Shown here: one piece after another, positions 49,171 to 59,487 of the stretch
How the letters are laid out: each line of letters opens with the position of its first letter
Numbering within the stretch: position 1 is the stretch's first letter
Assembly (NCBI GenBank): GCA_041670805.1
Contig: JBAXYM010000002.1
Coordinates: 1,309 to 65,308, forward strand
Reading direction: 5' to 3'
Source of the DNA: Patescibacteria group bacterium
Lineage (GTDB): Bacteria > Patescibacteriota > Minisyncoccia > JAHIHE01 > JAGLIN01
DNA length: 64,000 bases
The notes under the pieces: model-generated
Told to the model about the DNA's origin: nothing
What the model saw: the letters and a program-made list of their open reading frames with translations, nothing else
Databases searched by the model: none
Position numbers and translations under genes: made by a program

Positions 49171-50405
49171 GTCCGTAAAACTTTTTTCTTAAATTTCGCA
49201 CCTCTCAATTTTCGATGATACCCTATCGCAAAGCGGTGTGACTCGTCGCGGACTTTCTTTATCAACTCTACGTCGGGAAAAATAAAACTTTTGGGACCGG
49301 AGAAAAAAAGTTTTTCACCCTTGCGGTCGGGTCCCTTGGCGATACCCACGATGGGAATTTCCAGACCCAGTTTTTTCAAGATAGTCTTGGCGACATTGGT
49401 CTGCGTGAGGCCGCCGTCCATCACGATAACATCCGGCGCCCGCCAATCGTGATGATTGCCGAATCTCCTTTCCAAAACCTCATACATCATCGCTGGATCA
49501 TTGGCACCCTCGACGGTTTTGATTTTAAATTTGCGATACTCGTCTTTGTCCGGCCGTCCGCGGCGAAAAACCACCATCGAACCCACAGCATCCTCGCCGC
49601 CGATGTTGGAAATGTCATAACCTTCAATCCTTTCGAACGTGCCGGCGTTGTCTTCCAAAAGCAGATCCTCTTTACGCAGAAACGCCGTGTCGCGAATATG
49701 CCGGAGCGCAAACAGTTGGTCGCGGATTTCCGCCGCTTTCTCGAATTCATTTTTGCGCGCCGCACTTTGCATCTCTTTTTCCAGCTTCTTGATGATCCCA
49801 GATTTTTTGCCTTCCAAAAAAGATCTGATATAAGAGATTATTTTTGCATAGTCCTCCTGCGAAATGTCGCCCGTTTTTCCCGAATTGTAGCCCTTGATAT
49901 AGTATTGGCGATAAAGGCCGGATGTCGCGCTCGACTCGCCGCGGCGGCAGAAAATCTTGACCAGAAAATCGATTACTTTTCCGGCATCATACTTGCTGGT
50001 ATACGGACCGAAAATGTGTTTGGCTTTTTTCTTTTTTTCGTCAGTCGCACGCACGATGAGCACGCGCGGATATTTTTCATCGGTGATGATGATATTCACG
50101 AAATATTTGTCGTCCTTGAGCTTGATGTTGTAATAAGGTTTATGAAGGTTGATGAGATTGGCTTCCAAAATCAGCGCCTCCATCGCGCTGTCGGTAGTGC
50201 GAAAATCTATGCCCTTGATGCTCTCAACCAGTTTTTCCGTCTTGGCATTCAAAGCGCGATTAAAATACGAGCCCACTCGTTTTTTGAGAGAAGTCGCTTT
50301 GCCGATATAGATAATTTCCTCTTCTCCGTCTTTCATAATATACACCCCGGGAGAATCCGGAAATCCCCTTACCGCCTCTTTTATTTTTACATCATATAGC
50401 GCCAT
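49164..50405 (-). CDS. uvrC: Excinuclease ABC subunit C (short, no HhH)
   Basis: PGVY..YIGKA GIY-YIG, FEKAAEIRD UVR motif, GYDISN, DGG, VRDESHRFA. Confidence 0.92.
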   Translation of the reverse strand: MALYDVKIKEAVRGFPDSPGVYIMKDGEEEIIYIGKATSLKKRVGSYFNRALNAKTEKLVESIKGIDFRTTDSAMEALILEANLINLHKPYYNIKLKDDKYFVNIIITDEKYPRVLIVRATDEKKKKAKHIFGPYTSKYDAGKVIDFLVKIFCRRGESSATSGLYRQYYIKGYNSGKTGDISQEDYAKIISYIRSFLEGKKSGIIKKLEKEMQSAARKNEFEKAAEIRDQLFALRHIRDTAFLRKEDLLLEDNAGTFERIEGYDISNIGGEDAVGSMVVFRRGRPDKDEYRKFKIKTVEGANDPAMMYEVLERRFGNHHDWRAPDVIVMDGGLTQTNVAKTILKKLGLEIPIVGIAKGPDRKGEKLFFSGPKSFIFPDVELIKKVRDESHRFAIGYHRKLRGAKFKKKVLRTE

Positions 50406-50478
50406 ATGCGAAAATTAATTTGGATTGATTTATCGCGTACTTCAAACCGGATGTGCACTCAAGTCCAATAAAGAAACG

Positions 50479-50503
50479 GGATATGTATTCAAAATACATA
50501 TCC
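50479..50503 (-). terminator. Terminator after clpP
   Basis: GGATATGTATT-3-AATACATATCC with a T-rich tail on the minus strand. Confidence 0.7.
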
Positions 50504-50510
50504 GATCCCA

Positions 50511-51083
50511 TTATCTCACAATCTTATCCACAATCCCATATTTCTTCGCTTCCTCCGCGTCCATATAGAAATCACGATCGGAATCTTGCTCAATCTTGGA
50601 AAGCGGCTGGCCGGTATTCTTTGCCAAAATTTTGTTAAGATTCGCCTTGACGCGCAAAATTTGGCGCGCGGAAATTTCGATGTCGCTCGCTTGTCCTTCG
50701 GCGCCGCCCATCACCTGGTGAATCATAATCTCCGCATTGGGAAGTACAAGCCGCTTGCCTTTCGCCCCGCTGGAGAGCAGCAGAGACGCCGCCGATGCCG
50801 CCATACCCACGCATACGGTGGACACGTCGGCTTTGATGTAATTCATTGTGTCATAAATCGCCAGCGCGGAAGAGACCACTCCGCCCGGAGAATTGATATA
50901 AAGACTGATGTCGGTTTTCTTGTCCTGCTTGTCCAGAAAAAGAAGCTGCGCAATGATATTGTTTGCCACGGCGTCGTTGATCGGACCGCCCAGCATAATG
51001 ATGCGGTCTTTCAAAAGACGCGAGTAAATGTCATAAGCCCTTTCTCCATCGCTGGACTTTTCGATAACTGTTGGAATTAACAT
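50511..51083 (-). CDS. clpP: ATP-dependent Clp protease proteolytic subunit
   Basis: [26 protein letters not shown]. Confidence 0.97.
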   Translation of the reverse strand: MLIPTVIEKSSDGERAYDIYSRLLKDRIIMLGGPINDAVANNIIAQLLFLDKQDKKTDISLYINSPGGVVSSALAIYDTMNYIKADVSTVCVGMAASAASLLLSSGAKGKRLVLPNAEIMIHQVMGGAEGQASDIEISARQILRVKANLNKILAKNTGQPLSKIEQDSDRDFYMDAEEAKKYGIVDKIVR

Positions 51084-51177
51084 ATATTTTATAGTTAATG
51101 ATTATGGGTTAATTATAATGTTTTTTGTGGTTTTTGCAAAGGATACATATGTTGTTTGTCACTGCGACTAACATTAT

Positions 51178-51202
51178 GCGGGAGCGGGTATTCACCCGCT
51201 CC
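51178..51202. repeat. Family E palindrome
   Basis: GCGGGAGCGGGTATTCACCCGCTCC. Confidence 0.8.
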
Positions 51203-51325
51203 TTTTTAGTTCGATTTCAAAGATAAACAAAATCTATTTCCAAAATTGTTATCCGCCTGCGGTAAAATCAATTGTAATAAACGTATAATCTCCCGCGAAT
51301 AGCTTCCTTTTTTGGTTATCGTAAA

Positions 51326-51359
51326 GGGATTGCCACGTCGGAGTACCTCCTCGCAATGA
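51326..51359. repeat. GATTGC...CTCGCAATGA palindrome (family L; related at 55588-55626, fragments near 9347 and 63987)
   Basis: GGGATTGCCACGTCGGAGTACCTCCTCGCAATGA. Confidence 0.7.
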
Positions 51360-51427
51360 ACAGGTAAGACAACGAAAAAAGCAAAAATGAATTTGCTTTT
51401 CTCTCAATATTTCGTCAAACAATAAAC

Positions 51428-52711
51428 TTAGTTTTTTTCCGCCAAATCCTTCAAAAATTTCACCACTTTTACACGCAGCAAATCTCCTGCGATATAATCG
51501 CGGAAACGAACCATATCAATCTTGCCTCGGATTTCTTCCGCGTTCGGATAATATTTCAAAGTCTCGTCCACTTTCTCGGTAATTTCATTTTCCTCCGCTT
51601 TGATATTCTCGCGCAGAGCAACCTCGCGTACCGCCAAATGCTCTTTCACTTTTTTCTCCGCCAGAGGCTTCCATTCTTCGCGAATGCTTTCCACGGTAGC
51701 GTTGGCATTTTTCAAGTACTCGTCAAAATCCATTCCCGCCTGGCTGATATTACCCTTGAATTCCGCAACCATATTGGTAACCTCGGAATCAATCAAAACA
51801 TCAGGGATATCCGCTTCCATATCTTTCACCACTTGATCGATAAGTTCGTGCTCCAACTCGTGATCGGCGTGCGCATCTTCTTCCGCTTCCATGCTTTTGC
51901 GAATATTCGACTTGAGTTCCGCCAAGTCCTTGATCTGACCGAAACTCCGGGCAAATTCATCGTTGATTTCCGGCTTTTCGACTTTTTGCACCAAATCCAT
52001 TGTCACTTTGAAATTGGCCACCTTGCCGGCCAAGCCTTCCTTGTAATCATCCGGAAATTTAAGCTCAAACTCTTTGATGTCATCCTTCTTCATCCCGACC
52101 AGCCGGTCTTCAAAACCGGGAATAAATTTATTTTCCCCGATAATCAAAGGATGATTCTTGCTCTCCCCGCCCTCGATTTTCACACCGCCGACGCGCACCT
52201 CAAAATCAATCTCCGCCCGATCGTCTTTCGCCGCCGGCTCGTCTTTGGTGATATAAGCCGCGCGCCTGTTCTGCAGACTTGCGAGCTCCTTGTCGATTTG
52301 TTCCTCCTCGATTTTTTTCACCTCTTTCTTGCCGGTAACTTTTTTGTAGTCGCCCAGCTTTACCGCCGGCATTACCGAGATTGTCATCTTGTATTCAAAA
52401 TCATTCCCCGGCGCCATCTTGGTAATTTCCGCGCGCGGCTGACCCAGAGGAATCATTTCCGGTGAGGCTTTCAGAATTTCCAGATAGGTTCTTTCGATAG
52501 CCATATGCGTCGCCTCTTCGTAGATCTTCGCCTCGCCGACTTTCCGCTTCACAACGTCCTTGGGCGCTTTGCCTTTGCGAAATCCGTCCAGTTCCACGTT
52601 TTTGGCAATATCTTCGGTCGCTTTCTCGACATATTTTTGCATCTCTTCGTTTGAAATCTTAACCGAAATTTCTTTCTGCGATTTTTCCAAATCCTTGATC
52701 GTATTTTCCAT
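51428..52711 (-). CDS. tig: Trigger factor
   Basis: GFRKGKAP, FIPGFE, FPDDY; adjacent to clpP. Confidence 0.96.
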   Translation of the reverse strand: MENTIKDLEKSQKEISVKISNEEMQKYVEKATEDIAKNVELDGFRKGKAPKDVVKRKVGEAKIYEEATHMAIERTYLEILKASPEMIPLGQPRAEITKMAPGNDFEYKMTISVMPAVKLGDYKKVTGKKEVKKIEEEQIDKELASLQNRRAAYITKDEPAAKDDRAEIDFEVRVGGVKIEGGESKNHPLIIGENKFIPGFEDRLVGMKKDDIKEFELKFPDDYKEGLAGKVANFKVTMDLVQKVEKPEINDEFARSFGQIKDLAELKSNIRKSMEAEEDAHADHELEHELIDQVVKDMEADIPDVLIDSEVTNMVAEFKGNISQAGMDFDEYLKNANATVESIREEWKPLAEKKVKEHLAVREVALRENIKAEENEITEKVDETLKYYPNAEEIRGKIDMVRFRDYIAGDLLRVKVVKFLKDLAEKN

Positions 52712-52728
52712 AATTTTCTCTATTAATT

Positions 52729-52985
52729 TGTCATTCTGAACGCAGCGATAGCGGAGTGAAGAATCCCGTTATCATACGGACAAAACTTTATATAAGGTTG
52801 TATTAATTATAGTAACCGGAGCTAGCTCATTCTTTTCGCGAGAACAGGTTTAAACCTGTTATCAATAGTTCTGTTTCAAAATAAAATAATATGATTGGGC
52901 AAAAAGATATCCGGCACTTTTTATCCGTTCAACATTTTTCTTCTTGAAATCAAACCCCGGAGAGCAGGTTTAAACCTGCTCCCGC
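52729..52985. repeat. Family K arm (52729-52767) and two family E palindromes (~52843-52860, 52961-52985)
   Basis: TGTCATTCTGAACGCAGCG...GAAGAATCCC; GAGCAGGTTTAAACCTGCTCCCGC. Confidence 0.8.
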
Positions 52986-53001
52986 AGCCTATGTCTATAC
53001 G

Positions 53002-53934
53002 TCACTTCGTAAAATAGCTCACCAGCGGCGGCACCATTTGCTTCTTGCGAGAAACCACGCCTTTCAAAAACGCCATATCGCCTTTCGTTTCAACCCCGAA
53101 CACCGTTTTCACAAGACCGCTTTCCGGCTCTCCTATAATGTAGCAATAGGAATTGTTTTTAAGAATGTCCACCACTCCGAACAATATATAGTCCAACTTC
53201 TCGTTTACTTTTTTTACCTGCAACAGGCTCATAATTTTAGCGGCGCTTGAGTTAACGCTCTCCGGGTTGGTGGTCTCCCATACGCCGATGCCGACTTTCT
53301 TCCCGCCCATTTCATATTCTTTATAGTCGCTTTCCACCACCCTGCTCAAGGAAATCCCCTTCAAACTGGACTTAGCCGCAAAAAGGTCAGCGGTAAATTT
53401 TTTGACATCTACCTTGGCAATTTGCGCGAGCTCTTTCAGAAACGCCTTATCCTCCGCCGTAGTTATGGGCGAAGTCAGATTCAAAGTGTCGGAAACTATT
53501 CCCGCCATTGCCAGCGTCGCAGTTTTTTTGTCTGCTTTGACGCCTTTTTCTTTCAAAATTTTATAGACCAAAGAGCAAACGCAGCCGATATTTTCCGCCC
53601 GCACATAAATCGCCTTCGAACTTTTAAGCCCGCCCAAATTGTGATGATCGATAATTCCCACCAGATTGTCTTCGGTCAAACCTTCGATAATCTGCCCCGG
53701 CTCGGTCGTGTCCACCAAAACCACGTTCTCGGTCGTGATTTTCTTGATAGGCTTCGGTTTGGATTCTTTGACCAGATCCAAAATATACTTGGTCTCATTG
53801 TTCACATCCCCCGCAATCCTGCTTTCCACTTCAAAGCCCAAGATTTTCTTGGAAAATTTGGAAACCAAAATCGCCGATAAAACAGAATCAGTATCAGGGT
53901 TCTTGTGCCCCACAACAATAGTTTTCGTTGCCAT
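53002..53934 (-). CDS. ppaC: Manganese-dependent inorganic pyrophosphatase
   Basis: GHKNPDTDS, IDHH, VSDT, VVSRKKQ. Confidence 0.95.
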   Translation of the reverse strand: MATKTIVVGHKNPDTDSVLSAILVSKFSKKILGFEVESRIAGDVNNETKYILDLVKESKPKPIKKITTENVVLVDTTEPGQIIEGLTEDNLVGIIDHHNLGGLKSSKAIYVRAENIGCVCSLVYKILKEKGVKADKKTATLAMAGIVSDTLNLTSPITTAEDKAFLKELAQIAKVDVKKFTADLFAAKSSLKGISLSRVVESDYKEYEMGGKKVGIGVWETTNPESVNSSAAKIMSLLQVKKVNEKLDYILFGVVDILKNNSYCYIIGEPESGLVKTVFGVETKGDMAFLKGVVSRKKQMVPPLVSYFTK

Positions 53935-54003
53935 TTTTATCTATTAATAAATTATGGATTAAGTTTACCAAACGCCACACACCCACCAGCACACTATATT
54001 ACG

Positions 54004-54136
54004 CGTCATCCTGAGGTACTTCGAAGGATCCCGCCACTATGCCAATTAATTATACAACAATACGATTGTCCTATTATAATGTTTATCCGCATGGCAAAGA
54101 GATTCTTCACTTCGCTCCGCTACGTTCAGAATGACA
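54004..54136. repeat. Family K doublet
   Basis: CGTCATCCTGAGGTACTTCGAAGGATCCC...GATTCTTCACTTCGCTCCGCTACGTTCAGAATGACA. Confidence 0.85.
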
Positions 54137-54151
54137 GAAATAAGTAAATTA

Positions 54152-55318
54152 TTACACCTCCGTCTCCGCTTCCTCTTCCGCTTCCTCAACCGCCTGCACC
54201 GCTTCTTTCTTCTTCTCCACCACATCTATTTTCCATCCGGTCAGCTTGGTTGCCAAACGGACGTTCTGTCCCTGCTTGCCGATGGCGAGCGAGAGCTGAT
54301 CTTCGGCGACAAATGCCGTCGCCAATTTCTTTCCGTCGTCCAAAATAATGCTGGCGACTTTTGCCGGTGAAAGCGCGTGCTGAATATATTTTTTCGCATC
54401 GTCATTCCATTCAATAATGTCGATTTTCTCTCCGCCCAATTCATTGATAATGGTCTGGATGCGCGCGCCCCTTTGCCCCACGCACGATCCCACCGGATCA
54501 ATCCCCTCCTCGTTGGAAGCCACCGACACTTTGCTTCTGGACCCGGCTTCCCGGGCAACGCCTTTGATCTCCACCGTCGCGGCGTAGATTTCCGGCACTT
54601 CCAATTCGAAAAGCTTCTTTACAATTTCTTCGCTGGTTCGAGACAAGACAAGATTTGCCTCTTTGGTTTCCTGAGAAACTTTGGAAATATACACCTTGAG
54701 CCGCTGCCCCACCTGATATCTCTCGCCGTTAATCTGCTCCGCCGGATAGAGAATTCCCACCGCTTTCCCGACGTCAATCAAAACATTCCTGCCCTCAACG
54801 CGCTGCACGGTGCCATTCACGACTTCGCCTTCCTTGTCTTTGAATTCCTCAAACACCGCCTCTTTTTCCGCCTCGCGAATTTTCTGAATCATAACCTGCT
54901 TGGCAGTCTGCGCGGCAATGCGGCCGAAATCGCTGTGCGGCGGCAACTCGATGCGGACCTCGTCGCCCAGTTTGGCGTTCTTGTCGATTTTTTCCGCGTC
55001 CTCCAATGTAATATTTTTCTCCGGATTGAATTTCTTCTTCGGCTCTCCGTCGTCTTCGCCAATCTCTTCAGTTTCCCCTTCATCATATTCTTCATCGTCT
55101 TCATCACCGGTCATCTCCGCCACCACTTTGACCTGAAAAGCCCTGACATCGCCAGTCTCTTCGTCGAAATGAGTTTCGATCACCTGCCCCTTTTCCCCGT
55201 AATCTTTTTTGTAAGCCGCCGCGATCGCCGCCTCCACAATTTCCATCGCTTTCCTTTTGGGAATCCCCTTCTCCTCGCAAATCTGGTTGATTGCCAACGC
55301 GAATTGTTTTTGTTCCAT
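54152..55318 (-). CDS. nusA: Transcription termination factor NusA
   Basis: FGRIAAQTAKQ, AREAGSRSK, SLAIGKQGQNVRLA. Confidence 0.97.
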   Translation of the reverse strand: MEQKQFALAINQICEEKGIPKRKAMEIVEAAIAAAYKKDYGEKGQVIETHFDEETGDVRAFQVKVVAEMTGDEDDEEYDEGETEEIGEDDGEPKKKFNPEKNITLEDAEKIDKNAKLGDEVRIELPPHSDFGRIAAQTAKQVMIQKIREAEKEAVFEEFKDKEGEVVNGTVQRVEGRNVLIDVGKAVGILYPAEQINGERYQVGQRLKVYISKVSQETKEANLVLSRTSEEIVKKLFELEVPEIYAATVEIKGVAREAGSRSKVSVASNEEGIDPVGSCVGQRGARIQTIINELGGEKIDIIEWNDDAKKYIQHALSPAKVASIILDDGKKLATAFVAEDQLSLAIGKQGQNVRLATKLTGWKIDVVEKKKEAVQAVEEAEEEAETEV

Positions 55319-55422
55319 GATTTTTAGTTACTTTTTTCTAAATTACGCATTATTGTTCTCTCATTCTTTAATCTGTCGAGTACGACTTTCGCAATACCCG
55401 TTATAAAGAAGCAGTTAATATT

Positions 55423-55561
55423 TGTCATTTCGAAATGAGGTACTCCGATTGAGAAATCTAGGAACAATACTATGCAAATATAATCTTACTGTAAAAACAA
55501 TACCGACAAAGTCTTCGTGCATTTCTCAGATCTCTCAGTCGAGTACTCCTTCGAGATGACA
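55423..55561. repeat. Family C doublet
   Basis: Arms and spacer are the reverse complement of 9184-9321. Confidence 0.93.
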
Positions 55562-55702
55562 AATAGGATTGGTCAAGTTCCGGTATCGGGATTGCCGCGT
55601 CGCCCGGAGTACCGGCTCCTCGCAATTCGAGAGTACTGCCTTTGATTTAAAAAAAACCAATCCGCCGGAAGGTTTTCTCAGAATCAGTCTAAAACTAATA
55701 AC

Positions 55703-55730
55703 ATTATAGCAGATTGATTTTCGGTGTCAA
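55703..55730 (-). promoter_or_regulatory. Probable nusA promoter
   Basis: TTGACA-N16-TATAAT with an extended -10 TG. Confidence 0.7.
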
Positions 55731-55737
55731 ATTGCAC

Positions 55738-56164
55738 CTTGACCCACTTGAACTTTGAATCACTTTTTTTGCCGAATTGAAAGGTAAAAAACAATCTTTT
55801 TTGTCATTCCGGAATTTCGGTACTCCGAAATATCCGGAATCCCGTAGCTATGCAAGGCAAGTATTGTATTTCATTTATATGAGAGTATCTTGCATTATGC
55901 ATTATGGACCACACCAGAAATGGTGTGAACCACGCGGGACAAAACGTTCTTGCATAATATTTCACACCATTTCTGGTGTGGTCCAAATGCAAAGCTGGAT
56001 CTCTGATTGATACAGATTTTGATGTCTGTTATAAAACCATATATTTGCGCATAACCCATTTTTATCGGCTTGGTAACGGGATCCCGGATATTTGCTACGC
56101 AAATTCCGGGATAACATCTCTTTAGAAAGCTATAGATAAGCGTCGGGAAGTGCAGGTGAAGTAG
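55738..56164. mobile_element. Most complete nested composite: F left, B arm, A doublet (55906-55984), B' arm, F right
   Basis: All modules recognisable in symmetrical order. Confidence 0.85.
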
Positions 56165-56250
56165 AATATGAGAATAATTGACAGATAAACGAAAATCATA
56201 TATTTTGTATTATACAAAATAAAAAAAGCTGACAAAAAAGGAGGAATTAC

Positions 56251-56619
56251 ATGAATGCCGAAAACAAAATTCCTATTGGCAGTTCAATCGTTCTGCTAGT
56301 TATCGGAGCAATAGCAGCTCTGATAAACGAAATAACGCTGGACGATGTCACACCGGCGATAACTGTCGTCGCTTTTATAGGGTGCTGTTGTCAATTAACA
56401 AAATTCGCTACATTTGGCAGGGCATCAAAAACGGAAAAGGTAATAGCGGGAGGTCTTGGATGCTGTGCAATTGTCGCTATATATGAGATTGTAACAATTC
56501 TCAATATAGAAATATTAAGTGAGAGCCTGATGAAACACATTGGAATCATATTTATATTCTTAAATGTTTCTTCTATATTATTCAATCTATCAAAAATGAT
56601 AGAAGGAACATCGCAATAA
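56251..56619 (+). CDS. Hypothetical 4-TM membrane protein
   Basis: AAGGAGG SD, upstream TTGACA at 56178, AT-rich hydrophobic ORF. Confidence 0.7.
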   Translation: MNAENKIPIGSSIVLLVIGAIAALINEITLDDVTPAITVVAFIGCCCQLTKFATFGRASKTEKVIAGGLGCCAIVAIYEIVTILNIEILSESLMKHIGIIFIFLNVSSILFNLSKMIEGTSQ

Positions 56620-56643
56620 ATTTTTCAAGCACATTTTATCTTC

Positions 56644-57936
56644 TCATAAATTACGCTTTTCCTTTCTCAGAATACTCATATTCTGAGGCTTTTTATTTAT
56701 CCCAATAAATACCTCTCGCCCCTGCCCGCCGTGCGCCGACTCCAATTTTTCCAAAGTCTTATCGTCATAAATCGCTCGGATCTTGCAAAAAAAGTTTTCG
56801 CCTCGGGGCTGCAAAACTTGAATTTTATCTCCGCGAAAAAGCGCGTTATGGACGCGGATTTTTACACGGCAAGGACAGCCCTTTGGATGCGGTAAGGACT
56901 GTCCTTCTGCCCATCCTTCGGCGCTCACGACTTCGCCCACGAATTCATATTTTTCTTCGAGATGAGAGAAATTTGTTTCCTGTCCGCTTTCTTTGCACTC
57001 GCCAAAAAGAAATCCGGTCGTATATCCGCGATTCACTATTTCCGTCAGCTCTTTTTTGATCTTGCGGATTTTTTGTTTTCTGCTCTTGTCGCCCGGCTTG
57101 ATATCCAGCGCGGTGCGATAAGACTTCACCGCCTGCGCGAGATAGGAGACGCTTTTTGCCCGACCCTCGATCTTGAAAGAAGTTATCCCCGCATCTTTTA
57201 GCTCATCCAAATATTCCACCAGACACAAATCCTTGGAATTGAGCAGATAAGATCCGAAATTATCCTGCTCGACCGGAATATATTCCCCCGGTTTCTTTTC
57301 TTCAACCAGCGCGTAGCCGAAGCGGCAATTTTGCGCGCAATCACCCAAATTGGAACTCCGCCCCGTCTGCCAAGCGCTTAGAAAACAGCGGCCGGAATAC
57401 GCCATACACATCGCGCCGTGGACGAAATATTCCAGCTCCATCGCCGGCACCGCCTCGTGAATCTCGCGGATTTCTTCCAGAGAAAGCTCCCGCGCCAGAA
57501 TAACCCTGGTCGCGCCGTATTTTTTCCAAAACTTGACCGCCTCCGCATTGGTCGTGTTGGCCTGAGTCGAAACATGTATCGGCACCTTGGGATAGACTTT
57601 TCTAATCGTTTCCATTACGCCGATGTCCGAAACGATAAACGCATCCGGCAGACAGTTTTTATAAATCTTCAGATGCTTTTTCAGTTCAACCAAATGACGA
57701 TTATGCGCAAAGATATTCGCCGTCAAATAGATTTTCTTTTTCTTTTTATGTACAAAATCTATCGCCTCCAAAATATTCTCGTCGTCAAATCCGCGAATTC
57801 TCGACCGCAGCGAAAAATCCGGCACGCCCGCATAGACCGCATCCGCCCCGAACTCCAACGCGTACTTTATTTTTTCCAAATTTCCCGCCGGAGCGAGAAG
57901 CTCAAATTGTTTATTATTTTTTTTGGCTGTTTTCAT
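56644..57936 (-). CDS. Peptidase U32 family protein (TrhP-like tRNA hydroxylase)
   Basis: ELLAPAG, GADAVY, HVSTQA, HGAMCMAYSGRC, CAQNCR, SFKIEGR. Confidence 0.9.
   Translation of the reverse strand: MKTAKKNNKQFELLAPAGNLEKIKYALEFGADAVYAGVPDFSLRSRIRGFDDENILEAIDFVHKKKKKIYLTANIFAHNRHLVELKKHLKIYKNCLPDAFIVSDIGVMETIRKVYPKVPIHVSTQANTTNAEAVKFWKKYGATRVILARELSLEEIREIHEAVPAMELEYFVHGAMCMAYSGRCFLSAWQTGRSSNLGDCAQNCRFGYALVEEKKPGEYIPVEQDNFGSYLLNSKDLCLVEYLDELKDAGITSFKIEGRAKSVSYLAQAVKSYRTALDIKPGDKSRKQKIRKIKKELTEIVNRGYTTGFLFGECKESGQETNFSHLEEKYEFVGEVVSAEGWAEGQSLPHPKGCPCRVKIRVHNALFRGDKIQVLQPRGENFFCKIRAIYDDKTLEKLESAHGGQGREVFIGINKKPQNMSILRKEKRNL
56871..56906. repeat. Family J 36-bp element inside the U32 coding sequence
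   Basis: AAGGACAGCCCTT-N10-AAGGACTGTCCTT. Confidence 0.8.
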
Positions 57937-58064
57937 AGAATGAAGTTCATTAACAGTTTATTTTATTAAAATTGCACCGCAGAAACAAGCGAAGTGACTT
58001 TCCTTTGCTTTTGCTCAAAAATATATTATCATTAAATACAGTTAAAGGCTAATTTCAAAAGGAA

Positions 58065-59429
58065 ATGAAAGAAGATACGAATTACGATGCAATTGTCGCG
58101 GGAGCCGGCATCAGCGGACTCTTGACCGCTCTGGCGCTCAGCAAGGAAGGCAAGAGAGTTTTGGTCATAGAAAAAAGCGACGTGCTGGGGGGAAACTGCC
58201 GCACCTATGAAGTCGACGGCTATCATATCGATACCGGACCGCACGCCATTACCGGGCTGGACGACGGACCTCTGCAAATTTTGATGGACAAATACTTCGA
58301 CAGGCAGCCGAAGTTTGTGCCGATTGGCAATTACTATGTCCGCGACGGAAAGGATTTCCAAGAGATACCGTTTACAGTCGTACAATTGGCAAATTTCAGT
58401 ATACTTTCCAAAATCGACCGCATGCGTTTCCTTGCGATATTGATTGACGGCATCGCATCCTCGTCAAATTCGATTACAAAACACAGATTGCAGACAAATG
58501 TGTATGATTTTATAAAAAGCTACGGTTTTTCAACCAAGGCATTGCATTATATGGATGCTCTCGCCTATTTCCTGAGCGGCAAGTCCATGCAAGAAACCCC
58601 TGCATGGAGAATGCTCGGCGGATACGGCGGTCTCGACGAAAAAAAAGGGCAATCGATTAAAAGCAAAAGGCCCGCGGAAAGAATCAAGAAATTTTTTGTA
58701 AATGATTTTAAAACTCACGGTTATCCCATGGGAGGCCTTCAAGCGATCACGGATGCGCTTCTCGAGTCTATGCCGAAAGACAAGGTCGCTTTTCGAAAAA
58801 ACGAAGAGGTCAAAGAAATCATCACCGATCGGGGCCGCGTCACGGGGGTCAAAACCGATAAAGGCAGCTACGCTTCCGACCTCGTCATTTATTCCGGATT
58901 TACAAAAGACCTGCCCAAAATTGTAAAAGGTCTGGAAAATTCCTACAAAGCGAATTTGGATAAAATAGAACAGTCTCACAGTATGGTTTTGTGGCTTGGG
59001 CTTAAAGAAAAAATGCCGGAATTCTCTTACGTCGGCTCGGAGGTGTATTTCAATACGAACACACCCTACTGGGCAATCCCGATTACCAACTATGATCCCG
59101 GTATGGCTCCGAAAGGCAAACAGCTGATCGGTTTTATGGCGGCATTCATAGAGGACAGCGAACAAAAACAATTGCAAAAACTTCGTGGCGTAATTTACAA
59201 GGCCATCCCCGAGATAAAATCCAAAATAGAATTCGAGCACGTCCAAGTGACCATTCCTGAAAAAGCCGCTATCACTGTCAACGGAAGATTTCCTTCACCC
59301 AAATCTCCCATCGACGGACTTTACCTGGTAGGTACCGACACCGACACCCGTTCCATGGGCGTGACCCGCGCCTCTTACTCGGTCTCGGAAGCGCTAAAAT
59401 TTATGAGAGAAGACGGCGTTTTGAAATAA
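58065..59429 (+). CDS. Phytoene-desaturase-like FAD-dependent oxidoreductase
   Basis: GAGISG, EK...GGNCRT, DTGPH, YPMGG, APKGKQL, GLYLVG. Confidence 0.82.
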   Translation: MKEDTNYDAIVAGAGISGLLTALALSKEGKRVLVIEKSDVLGGNCRTYEVDGYHIDTGPHAITGLDDGPLQILMDKYFDRQPKFVPIGNYYVRDGKDFQEIPFTVVQLANFSILSKIDRMRFLAILIDGIASSSNSITKHRLQTNVYDFIKSYGFSTKALHYMDALAYFLSGKSMQETPAWRMLGGYGGLDEKKGQSIKSKRPAERIKKFFVNDFKTHGYPMGGLQAITDALLESMPKDKVAFRKNEEVKEIITDRGRVTGVKTDKGSYASDLVIYSGFTKDLPKIVKGLENSYKANLDKIEQSHSMVLWLGLKEKMPEFSYVGSEVYFNTNTPYWAIPITNYDPGMAPKGKQLIGFMAAFIEDSEQKQLQKLRGVIYKAIPEIKSKIEFEHVQVTIPEKAAITVNGRFPSPKSPIDGLYLVGTDTDTRSMGVTRASYSVSEALKFMREDGVLK

Positions 59430-59487
59430 AATGTTTATCAAAAAAACAGACACAGGTTCTGTTTTTTTGTTTACCCGAGCAGCATTC

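Noticed and set aside
49164-50405. UvrC GIY-YIG domain as the mobiliser of the repeats
   Set aside because: It has ordinary UvrC architecture; adjacency to a D repeat is not evidence of that role.
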